DNA of 64,000 nucleotides from assembly GCF_009914755.1 (NCBI RefSeq), contig NC_060935.1; one strand, 5' to 3'. Under the pieces are notes generated by a model that was not told the DNA's origin, did not search any database, and worked only from the letters and a program-made list of their open reading frames with translations. The stretch comes from the human T2T-CHM13v2.0 reference genome, Homo sapiens. Below are positions 30,517-42,900 of this stretch, in pieces (within the stretch, counting starts at the first letter, position 1; each line of letters opens with the position of its first letter). The translations under genes and the position numbers were made by a program.

Positions 30517-32719
30517 TTAGCTTTCTAATGTCTTAGAAAGCTAACAAATATTTTAAAAATAAGATATTCCCTGGAAATATAGGCAATTTTTACTCATTTT
30601 TATCAAATTCATCTAAAATACAATTTAATACTAACTCAAAAATAAAAGTTTTAGTAAAGAGGATCCAAAATTCAGGTAAGAGATGGGTAAAAGGTTTTAT
30701 AATTCTGCCCTAGGAGATAAGATGGAAGTCGAATAAAAAGTTGCACAGCCTTGGAACTATATTCCCACCTGATCACTGACTACGAAGGAGAAGAGATGAG
30801 ATGTTCTATGTGAGTGTGAGGGACACAGTCAGGTCAGAAAATCATTCAGTTCTGCCGTGAGGAAATCTACTCTGAAAGAGCTAAAGCTAGGTGACCCGTA
30901 GGAAGGGCTGGTAGCTCAGAGATACACCACTGTTTCTGCTCTCTGGAGCTTTTCTCATTGGAGCTAAGCTAAGAGTGTCAAAAAGAGGTCATTCAGCACT
31001 CTTCCTAATTGAAGTATAAATGTAGCAGTGTTTACAGAGGCATGGAGCAATACCGAGAGGTGGAAGCTTTATAGAAAAATAGAGTAACAGATGCCAGCTG
31101 CCACTGTGGCCAAGGGTATGCCACCCTTACAGAATATGCCGAGTAGGGCCTTACCTCTCAAGTCTCAGGCATGGTGTACTCTCCTCTTACTGACCCACAG
31201 TGCTTATGAATTGTATCTCCTTTACTGATTGATACAAAAAAAATCTATCTCTTGCTAAGCAAATGACTAATAGAAGAGGAAAAAAGACAAAATTTTATGG
31301 CCTAACAATTCAAGTCTCAACCAGATGAGTCTTGCTGTATTAATCTAACAATAAGACCATGAGCGTCACTGCTGCACACATTTATCCTTCACCCCCAGTA
31401 GTCCAGACACACTGGATATTTTACATTGCTCAACCACATATACTCATCTGCACCTGCAAGAATGTATTCATGCTGGCTGCTGGTCCTATTGCCAGGTGTG
31501 TCCCTGGAAAGTCTCTTTGTCCGCCTGGAAAACTCCTAGACTTGCTTTAAGATCTAGCTCAAATGTCTAAAAGCAGATTAGTAACTCCTCTATTGTCCCA
31601 TAGTATTTTCACACACAAACTCTATCACAGCCCTTAGCATACTATATTCTGACCTATTTATGTATCCATGTGCTCTTTCAATAATGAATTCCATGACAAA
31701 AGAGACCTTGATAAGAAGACCAATCAATTCATACCATAAGGTCTTCAATAGAGGTATCTTTAACTTGTCTTGCCTTTAATTAGATTATGAGTGGCCTGGG
31801 GGATAGAAAAGGACTTAATATTTCTATTTCCTTGCACACATCCTTTTCTTGAGAATGAGTAAACCAAGCTCCCATTCCAGCATGGAAGGGGAGTGAGTAA
31901 CAAGACAGCCCATTAAACAGACTGGACACACATGATGGAGAGACCATAATAGTACTCATAGGGACATTCATGGGTTCAGTTTACTTCTAGGGACCCTGAG
32001 CAGTGGAAATGAGGACTGCAGACTAATTTCAGACCATTCAATCTGGACAGCTAATTAGAATTTTAATAGGTAGGGACTAGTACCTTCAACAATATCTTAA
32101 GGATAAAATCCCAGTCCTGGGTCAGGTAGAATCTTTCAACTTCATATGCACACAGGATCTGATAGCAAAAATATGTCCCGCTTTCAGAACTGCTACAAAA
32201 GCTAATGAAAACTCACAGTATTTTTTCATTCTGTAACAGTTTATATTGTCTTCTCTAGGCCAAATAAGCAAAGAGAAACCTTTACTTTATTGTATAAAAC
32301 ATTAAAAGGAAGTGAACTGACACAGAATAAAGCAGTTAGTTACTAGATTTCGATGGAAATAGACTAGGGAAAGTGAGAGGTCTGTAATCTTCATAACAAC
32401 ACTCGGTATTTTTCTTCTGCAGATATGCCCATGGAATATCCCATTTAAAATAAAATTCCTGTAACCAGCAAGCTTGTAGGTGGGTTGCAGTGTTCTTAGC
32501 AATCCATATACTCCATATGCTTTCCCACTGCTGCCATCTACATTGTTTTTTTGTTACCAGAAGTTTTTTTAATTGAAGGAAAGTGACTCTGCTTCCAAGG
32601 AACTTGTAATATGTGAAAATCCAGAAAAGGATCATTCAAAACTGGGTCAAAAATTCTCATAAAGATGTGGAATATGGATTATAGAATGTTATCTATGCTC
32701 ACAGTCTAGAATTATTTTC

Positions 32720-33400
32720 CTCCCAGTCTCTGTTAAACCCACTCCACTCAGGATCTTGCTCCTTCCTCTCCTATTCTTCTCTAAGGCACCAATGACCACC
32801 ACATTGCTAAAGCTGAGGGTCAATTTCAGTCCTATCTTGTGGGTCTACCAACAGTATTTAGCACAGCTGATCCACTTTCTTTACTTCACTTCCTGGACAC
32901 CACTTTCTCCTAGTGCTCCTTCTCCCTCACCAGTCTTTCATTTGTCTGTGCTGGCTCCTCCTCTTCTCCAGCCTTTAACATTAAGGTGCTCTAAGCCTCA
33001 ATCCTTGCTCCTCTTTCCTTCTGCATTCACATTCACTTATTTGGTGATCTTACCTAGTCTCAGAGCTTTAAGTACCATTTATGTGCCAATAAGTTTCACA
33101 ACCATACGTCCTACATTGATTTCTCTCCCCAAAGTACAGACTTATCTACATCCTACCCATTCAACATCTCCTCTGGCATGTGTCTAATAAAAATGTCAAA
33201 CAACTTAACATGCCTGCAGCTGAATTCTGATATTCTCCCCAAAACCTATTTCATCTTCAATCTTCTTTCTCCCTGTCGATAGCAATACCATCTGTCCAGT
33301 TTCTCAGGCCAGAACTTACAGGCATCCTCAACTGATTTATTTCTCTGACTACCACATTCAATTATTCAGCCAATCCTTTTGGCTCTAGAATCAAAATATT
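32720..33400 (+). mobile_element. L2 fragment
   Basis: 'aaggcaccaatgaccaccacattgctaaa...ggtcaatttcagtcct', typical of the L2 body. Confidence 0.7.
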
Positions 33401-34069
33401 AATCCAGAGAACCAACCATTACAGAAACATATATGGGAAGAAAACATAGTTTACTAAAATATAATTTAAGCATCACCTCATGTCCTGCCTCACATAGATT
33501 TCCATACCATCGGGTGAATCCGTTAAATAATTTGCATTTGCCATCTGAAACAATTTTCTACAAGTTTCTTCTCTGAACATACTAAACAAAGAAAATTAAG
33601 TTTTGAGTTAATGTCTGTATTATTATTTTCAAATATCTTTCTCCACAGATGCTAATGTTTCACAGTTAGTTCATTATTAGAAGGTGATTCCCCCCGCACC
33701 CTCCCCCCACCAGAAGGACACAATACTATTCATTTGACAATCCACAGAACCTATTGATACAATTTAAGGTATGTGAGGATAATCAAGGGCATACCATTTT
33801 TAGCCTAATATGCCTTCATGGAAATTAGTAACAAAGAAATCATTTATTTGTTTCCATTTCTTAATACTTACATATTACTCTTTTCTCTCTTTCTTTCTCT
33901 TGAGTAATACAGTGCATATTTATGCTCAAAAATAAACACATATCCCTGTTTTTTCTGTACATATAAAACACATTTTCCATCAGATAGAGATGCAAAATTG
34001 GAAACAGTGCACAGTAATAAACTCAACTCCATGTTCTGTAAAAAAAAGTGAAACAACATAAATAATTTT

Positions 34070-34800
34070 CTGTTGTTTATTGCATTTATTAATCCATTTA
34101 ACAAACATTTATTGAACATGTTTAATGTACCAGGCACTTTGCTAGAGACTGGTAACTCAGCAGGAGTAAAGGTAAATAAAGTTTTCATCCTTCAATATAA
34201 CTCACTGTCTAGGGACAGTTACAGACAAAGACATAGTCACTACACTACATGTAAAGCCTTCTGAGATGGGTGAGAAACACGGTTTCATAAGAACATTAAG
34301 GGGGGAGACCTAGCACCAAATTCAGGATGTCAGTGAAGACTTCTTAGAGGAAGTAACTTGCAAGTTACAATCTGAAGGATGACTAGGAAGAACCAGCTTG
34401 TCAGAGAGGGGAGACCAGTGTTTTAAGCAGAAAGAATATCTGGTACAAGGATCTCAACGTAAAAAAACACCTTCTTACAAAAACACCAGAAGTCAAAATA
34501 TTCAAAAAGGAAAGGAGGAGTGAGAAAATGAAGCTGAAGGAATAAACTAGAGCCAGGTCTAAGCCATGGCAAAGAATCTGTGCTTTATAGTAAAGGCAAT
34601 AGAGAAACTTTAGGCATGAAAGTGAACAACCAAATTGTGTTTCAGAAAAATCACTTTCATTGCATTGTGAAGACACTAACAAAGGGGAAAGAGCAGAAGC
34701 AGGAAAACAGATAACAGTTGACATAATCTTGGAGAGAAATGATGGTCTGAACTAAGAGAATGAGACTAGGAAGAGAGAAAACAGATAAGAAAGAATCTGT
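34070..34800 (-). mobile_element. L2 3' fragment
   Basis: 'catttaacaaacatttattgaacatg...gtaccaggcactttgctag', the antisense L2 3' end. Confidence 0.7.
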
Positions 34801-37226
34801 AAGTCTGGATCATTGCCAAATAGAATTTTGGCAGCAAGAGAGATTTTAAATTCTAACAACACATTCGCTCAACAGTACTTGTTGAGTATCTATTATCAAA
34901 GTATGCAAACCATCATCTGGAAACTAAGACCCAAAAAAGTTAATTAAATTAATTAAGGTCACATAGATAATTACTGGCATATCTGAATCTAATATAGGTC
35001 TTCCAGTCCAGTGATTACAGCTCAGTATTTTATATGGAAGAATACTCCAGTTATCTCAATAAAATGAATTCCTATCCATTCATCTAAAATGCTACAATAG
35101 TAAAACGTTATGAACTACAGTGTTTAAAGTGAGCTTAATTCCAATCCCTACAATTCACATTTTAGAAATGTAATGTGGCTGAGTACCTTCCTCCCAAATA
35201 GTTTAAGTCCCTTTGAATTAGTCGGTACATACATAGAATTCATGCAGTTGCATCACCAACCAAGAATAGCCTAATACTGTCTGCCAGAGACTGCCTCCAG
35301 CCATGACAGTCAATTGTTGGAGCCATTAGCAGAGAAATTTATCATATACATTAACCTGCTGCCTTGAATGGACGATTACTGAAATAATGACTAGGAGTAT
35401 CAAAATCATGAATAAAATATGGGAATCAGGATTGCAAGTTATAAAGTTCTCTTATCGAGCCTACAGACTAAATGTGTTCTCAAAGGTGGTGCTCCCACCT
35501 TGGGTGACACAGATAAATGATGATGCTGATTACAAAAACGAGTGAAGAGCAGATTAACACCTTTGGCCAAATTCTGTTGGTGTTGTTACCAGTTGGATCC
35601 AAATAAAATGTGTTAATTTTTCTGTTTTTTCAGTTTAGCTGTGAAAATTAAGTGTCTTGTAGAGCAGAAGATAAGGAAAAAGTGAAGATAAAGTAGGTAT
35701 TTTCAACAAAAGAAGTTTGTTGAAGAGAGAATACTTTGGTTAAAATAAGTTTTTCTTAGGACCAAGATGACTTGATAATTTGCTTAAAGAGAGTGAGGCA
35801 CAGAAAATATGAGGTAATTTGTCGGGCTTATGTGGTAGGTGGAGGAAAATTGGAGTATTGCCCTATAAAAGGGGAGTGGGAGAGAGTGGTGTAGTGTTTA
35901 ACATACTGAATATATGTTTACACTCCTGGGTTGAATTATCTAGGTAAGACTTGATGAAGCCATAAATTTTTTTGAGTGGTTCAACTGAATCTCTACAAAT
36001 TCAATGATAATTTAAACACTACAGAGAAGCCAGAAATTTCAAAACTGAACCAACTCTTACTGAAAGGGTTCAAAGTAAGCAGACACTCCCTGACCAGTGG
36101 CCTAAGTATTGCACTGAGGTTTCATTCTGAAGATTTGCTTTAAATGACCCCGTCTCCTGAGCAACTCACAGCGTACAACGTGGCACTTTAGTTGGGAATC
36201 ACATATTTCGTTTGCAGGTAACTGTTAAAGAGAAAGCAAAAATTAACTGATTCCTCACTTATTTTGATAGTGTAATTACTCATCTTTAAACTGGTATGTT
36301 TGAATTATGCAGGGGAAATAATTAGGTTCACAAGACAACAATGAAGAATTCTTATATTTCTGTAGGGAACTAAATCCATGCAAGCACTTTAAAAGCACAC
36401 ATTTATAAGAATGATAGAGTGTCACAGTCAACTCAAAGAGAAATGGCCAGTCTCACTCCTAATGGTGGTCCCGAATAACATACAGTAAAAGAATACTTGC
36501 TCCTTCTGACATAAGCCTCAAAGGTTACAGATTTAAACACACACAAAAAAGTCCTAGATCATCCTTATAACTCACTAAGAATTTACTTCAGCCCTTTAAG
36601 TGTCTTTTTATATTTTCTTCTATAGCTAATCATTCGATATTTTCATTTAATTTTTATAGCAACTCTAAAAAGTAGGATTAATTAGCCTCAGTCTGAGAAG
36701 CCAGATAGTTTCTTCTTGGAATTTATCCATTCAACAAGTTTTTGTTCAGTATCTGGTTTGCTGGAGGGGACAAAATGAATAATTGGTGGCACTGGAACTG
36801 TTGCGAGGTCTGATTTTTGAAAGCTTGAATAAGACAGACTTTTATTAGAATGACCAGAGTTTACTAACTTTATGAATTGGGCAAATTTCTTGAACTCTTT
36901 GAAACTCAGTTTACTCATCTATAAAATGGGGCTATTAATAGTACCCACTACACACATGCTAAGATAATGTATGTAAAGGGTTCTGATGTTGACCTTCAGG
37001 CAGAATTCTTTATGTCCTTCCCTTTGCTGCATCTCACGAGGAAGAAGACCGACTAAAGTTGGATCAGGTTTAACATCTTTTTGGCAATAAACCATTGAGT
37101 GGAGTCACTTAAAATTTAATAATAATTGTATTTAGTTTGACCTCATTCTCTTCCTTATTTTGTCCATTGTATCTGCGTAGGAAGGATACTCATCATTTGT
37201 TTGCTCTTATTTTGATTCCTTCTGTC

Positions 37227-37228
<2 letters not shown>

Positions 37229-37270
<42 letters not shown>
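37229..37270. repeat. (TG)21 microsatellite
   Basis: Direct count. Confidence 0.95.
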
Positions 37271-37272
<2 letters not shown>

Positions 37273-40200
37273 TTCCCTCCCCTACCACCACCTCCCCATT
37301 CTCCTGGATGCCATGGCAAGGGGAGGGCGAAAGGCTAGGCCAGTCAGCTCTGGGCATTGGTGAAGCCTTCTCTCTTGATCTGTCTCTAGCACCATTTCCT
37401 GTACCCAGCTAATTTGGGATGGCCTTTCCTCCAGCTAACAAGAAAGATAATAAGCTCTGGTTTGGGCTTTGGGAAAGTAGGAAGAACTGGTCTTTAATTA
37501 TTTTGTTTCTGGGTTATTTAATCCTAAATACCCCAGGAAAATAAAACAGCACTCCCTGTGGTCCAGCTTAAATTACTGGACCAAAGTCCCAAGTAAAAAA
37601 GAGTTACCATGAGCTGCTTTGACTTTTTATGCATGGACCACCCTCAGGGACTTCACACCAAAGAAGCAAGGCTAGACCAAGGCTGAACTCATGTGTCTGG
37701 CCTAAGAAGACCATAATACCCTATCATTATGATTTCAATGTCTGTTGTAATTATTAATAAATTATTTTTCCCATTTCTAATTTCTATAATATAGGAAAAC
37801 ACCAGTTTTGAATATCTACCTATTTTATTACTTTTGTGACTATTCCACTTATAGGATCAATGTTGTAAAAAAATTATTTTACATTCCTCTTTCTGATGAT
37901 CAAATAATTTCTAATCTAGACCATATCAAAAAACTACTTTTGAATGAGTGATATTATATCATTGAAAATAATATCATATTTTATAATACATATTTAGACT
38001 GTTTATTAATTTACATTGACTTTTTCCTCTAGTTAATCCCAAATAGTGTTGTTTTGGTTTGTGTACTTGTCTTTGATCTGTAATTATTTTAATCTCAGAC
38101 TCAGTTTTTAACTCCTAAAATAAGAATAATAAAATAATGATTATTTGCTGGCACTTGGAATTTTTGAAATTAAAAATGCTGTTCAAATAAGATGCCTTAC
38201 AGTTAGCATTTAATGTGACTGAATGAAGCATGAAAAAATACTCGCATACTTAGATCATGAGTAAACACAATAATGCAGACATTTCAGTTAAAATTACCTT
38301 CTCATTAAAGAAACTCTGCTGACATAAGCTCCGTTGCAACTGTGGCAAACTTGATTTTATAATCAAGTATTAACCTTATGGGTTTTCCCAGCAAGCTGCA
38401 AGATGTCATAGTATCACTTTTAGCTGCATAATCAAATGGCTATAACCCAAGACAGCCAAGCAGTTTTAAATGGCATTCTTAATACAAAGTCTTTCTAAAT
38501 TATAATTTTTTTTAAGATAACAGCTCTGGAAATAAAGGAGACTTAGGAGTTAAGATCTAATCTGACAGTAAAGAGTTTCAAATGTCATTATAAAGTCATT
38601 GAGGTGTTTGACATACAGCAGTAATATGCTATTGAGATATCCTTTAATTTAACAAGCATTTTATTAAGTGCCTACAACATGGCAGCCCAGAACTCAGTTA
38701 AACTTGACAGATAAAAGAACACATTGGCCACGACCTCAGCCCTCAAGAATTCCTAGTCTGGTGGACAAAGCCCCTTATGATACATTGGGACAGAGATAAA
38801 CTCAACCACCCATGGTCTATGCATAAGGCTGGAAAATATCCATGAGGCATGGACCCAGTTCATGAGGATTTTATATGATAATTCACATATTTCCAAACAT
38901 GCTTTCCTAGGTAGCAAAAGAACTGACGTGAAACTGAGCAAAGGCTTGAGGTGTGGAGAACTCACATTTGTTGAATTCTAAGAGCTTTGTATGCATTATC
39001 TTATTTCATTCAGCAGACCTCACAGGGAAGACATTGTTGCCCTCCTTCTATAGAGGAGTAATCGAGGGTCTGTGCCTAAGAGTTGTTCCTCATCACCTGT
39101 TAGTCTATGACAGGCCCAGGATATACCTCAGATATATCTGATTTCAGAACATAGTTCCTCCCATTGCACTACACAGCTTCAATTCATACCTCAACAGTGT
39201 TTGGGTTTCCAAGAAGAGAAGCTCTGACTCCTGCTTCAGAGACTAGACATCATAGGTTGACCAGATTGGCTACAGAGAAAAGACAGCAAAGTGGTTAGAG
39301 TGGCTCAAAAAAATACGGGACCCTGGTACTACTAGGTGTATGTTAGAGGTTAGCTGATGGAAGAAGGACCATGTTTGTTGATTTGTTATCTCTCCTTGCC
39401 CAGAGTGTTGCAACACACAAGAGTAACTGATTAGACACAAGGGCAGATCAGTGGCCATTACAGTTACACATTATATTGTTCATTACATGAATCACAGCAG
39501 ATAACATGGTGGCAAAACACTGCGTCTCAACTCTCAGGTCTGTATACAAGCACTGCTGTCATGTCCGGTTCACTAGTGTAAGCTCAGCACCTAGCAGTGT
39601 CTCCACGCAATAGAGTCTCAACACTTGTTGAAAGAATGAATAAGTGAAAGACAGAAATGCGCAAAAAAACGCTATCTGCCTTCATGCAAATTTCAAGCCA
39701 GGCCTTTCTTACTCTCATGATCTGAAGCCAGAAGACGGGCCCCAGGAGTAAGCCCTGGATTCTGATGCAGAAGTTCCTATTTACCTCCTTTGGGACACTC
39801 ACTGTCTTCTGAGTGAATTCAGTATTTCATGTAATTTCCCCATGGCTCAGCTGTAGCACCTGTTCAAAGAGCAGCCTTGATGTGTGCCTCAGAATTTAAA
39901 TGCCCAGTGGACTCGACTACATTGTGCAAGCTCATCTGGGTTTTATTATGAGGAGGCACAGCTTTCTTTCTACTCATACAGGTCTGCATAGATGAATAAA
40001 TGATGTAGTGCATTAGTGCAGTGATTCAGAACCTCCATTAGCACATGTCTGTCCATTTTCATCAATTCCTAGAAATCAATCTAATTATCACAGTGAAGAA
40101 GAGAAGGATTCCTCAAAGGACCCACCCCACATGAAGGAGAACAGGGAGGGAAAGAAGAGGGCTGTGACAGGCCGGGTTTACCTGTGTAAGGAAGGTTACC

Positions 40201-40476
40201 TGTGTGCATTGGCGGAGTGTGTGTTAATCTCACTGTGGTCAAGAGAAGTCAAAAGATAAAAATAAACCTGTCCAGAAGGTAGTGTGATAAAAAAAAGTTC
40301 ATGGACTTTGATGGCCCACAGACTTGGGTTCAAATTTTATCTCTGACACTTGATTTGTCATACGGCCATGAAAAAGTTACTTTCTTTCTCTGAGTTTAAG
40401 TGAACTCATTCATAAAACAAAAACAATTGCAAAGACCTCCGTGGGTTATAACAAAATTTAATTGAGAGAACTACAC

Positions 40477-40786
40477 GGCCGGGCGCGGTGGCTCACGCCT
40501 GTAATCCCAGCACTTTTGGAGGCCAAGGCGGGCGGATCACTTGAGGTCAGGAGTTGGAGAGGATCCCGGCCGACATGGTGAAACTCCGTTTCTATAAAAA
40601 TACAAAAATCTAGTAGGGCATGGTGGCGGGCACCTATAATCCCAGCTACTCCAGAGGCGGGGGCAGGAGTATTGATTGAACCCAGGAGGCGGAAGTTGCA
40701 GTGAGCCAAGATCTGAGATCACTCCACTGCACTCCAGCCTGGGCAACAGAGCAAGACTCTGTCAAAAAGAAAAAAAGAGAGAGAGA
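40477..40786 (+). mobile_element. AluS inserted into a MIR
   Basis: Full dimer; TSD gagagaacta(cac/tgc) at 40464-40476 and 40787-40799, where the two differences fit opposite-strand decay of one CpG. Confidence 0.92.
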
Positions 40787-41189
40787 GAGAGAACTATGCA
40801 AACCAAATGGCAAAGTTCTCAGCCCATAGCAGGCACTTCACAAACATTAATGTCTTTCTTTTTTCTACCTTTGATAGGAGGGAAGCATCACTTGCTGGCA
40901 TGCTCCTTAATTTGGGGGCCCTCTCATTTCCCATTCACTTAGATCCATTTTTGCAATTACCTGGGCATTAAGAACTAAGTTAGCAATCCAAACAATCAGG
41001 GAAACTTTTCTGATTAGCTATTACAGACATCACCCATTTTGCCTTTACTGTGTCACAGATACTGACAAAACTCCTACCAGAAAGCAAATGCCATTATCAC
41101 TCAGGTTGTCAGTGTACCTTTAGGTGAAGTTGGTCATAATAGTAGCAGCTTCCATGTATGGAGCACCCACTAAGGAGGCAGAATTTCAT

Positions 41190-42900
41190 GATAATTCGGA
41201 ATATGGGTTTTGAAGTCAGAACATTAATAAAATCTCACTCCATCACCTAGTATATGACTGTGGGCAATTCATTTTGTCTCCATTATCACAGGGAGCTAAT
41301 GATAGTAACTACTCCACAATGTGAATTATTCTGAAGATTGAGATATTTATATAAGACAGCAGTTAGAGTAACATTTGGCTCATGATAAGTGCTCAATATT
41401 TGTTAATTTTTATTGTTATATAGCTGATGTTATGAAGACATTATCTAATTTAAGTTAAGGAACTTTCCTGGCCCCCAAACTGTTTAATTTCTTCATTGAA
41501 TGTGCCTTTCTCTGTAGGGTAATTTCTTCAAATTTGGCTAGAGCAGAGAGATCCCTACAGAGTGGAAAAAGCACTAGACTAGGAGCTATGAGAGAACGTT
41601 TAAGCAGTGGTTACTCCACTTATCTGCTGCATAAGCACCAATTCACTTCACCATTCTGCAAATGAGAAGGTCTGACAAGGTGTTTGCTAAGGTCACTCCT
41701 GGCTCTGACACACAGGTTCCATGTGACAGACTTGGAGACTAGAAGTGCGTGCATCTCAGGGGATCTTGGTGGGCCTAATTGATAGTGACGACATTACTGG
41801 AATCATCACACCACTTCCTTTGCTTTTCCATTCACAAAGATGGCCCTGTCATCCTTGTTCCCATAGGGAACTAAAAATGAGGTTCTCATTATATTTCAGC
41901 TTCCTCATCTGGTAAAGTATATTCCCAAACAACAATCCTGTTTTCATATGTAGCAAAAAAAAAAAAAAACTATTCATGTCCTCTTTTTGCTTCCTTTGAT
42001 TTGTCATCTTTAGTTTGGGTTGTCACAAGGTGGGCTTCCTTGGATATTTTCAGGGAATTTATACTAAAAATGATCACAAGAGTCAGGGGACATAAATGTT
42101 GAAATCCCAAATACTATTTTGAATTTTAATTCTAAAGGCAGACTTGGATTACACTGATTCTGTAGAAGGGTTCCCACTTTAATACTAAGATAACAATGTA
42201 AAAATAGTCTTAGACAAATTTTACTTAAGTTAAAATGCTGACCATCTCATCAGACTGAAATAAATATATTTATTACTGCCTTGCAATATTTAACATTTAT
42301 TGATCTCTTGCTACATGTCAGACACTGTTCTAAGAACTTTATAGGACAAATCTCATTTAATCCTTAGAGCACCCTGATGATATACGAAATACAATTAACT
42401 TTATTTTACATATGGGAAAACTGAGCCTTAGGACAGTTAAGAAAAAAATTCCAGAATCACACAGAGAAGTTTTTGGACCAAAATTTGAACTCAGGTCTGT
42501 CAGAGTCCAAAGGTGTAAAGCTAAGCTATTCTGCCTCCATTTGTAATCATTTTTATTTTTATATAGTTGCAACACTGTGGGAATCACCTTCTACTACTTT
42601 TGCTTAATACTGTCATAAACATTTTCTAGAATCATTTGAATCACTGTGTAAAAATAAACATAACAATCAACATCAACATTGCCCAGCCCTGTACTAAGTG
42701 ATTTACCATAACTATTTTATTTAAGTTTCAAAACAACCCTATAAGGTAAGGAATTATGAATGTCTCTGTTTTACAGATAGCAAAACCAGTTCAGGTAAGG
42801 TTGTTCAAGTTGTTGTTATGGTCAGAGAGCTTAGAAGTGGCAGAGCCACAATTTAAACTTAGATCTGCCTGACTGAAGAGACCAGCTCTTACCTAATGCA
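41190..42900. mobile_element. Cluster of MIR fragments (about 41190-41410, 42290-42540, 42690-42900)
   Basis: MIR cores such as 'ttttacatatgggaaaactgagcct' and 'ttttacagatagcaaaacc'. Confidence 0.6.

Noticed and set aside
40458-40942. ORFs resembling annotated hypothetical proteins (also 19730..19978 and 58176..58367)
   Set aside because: Alu-derived translations
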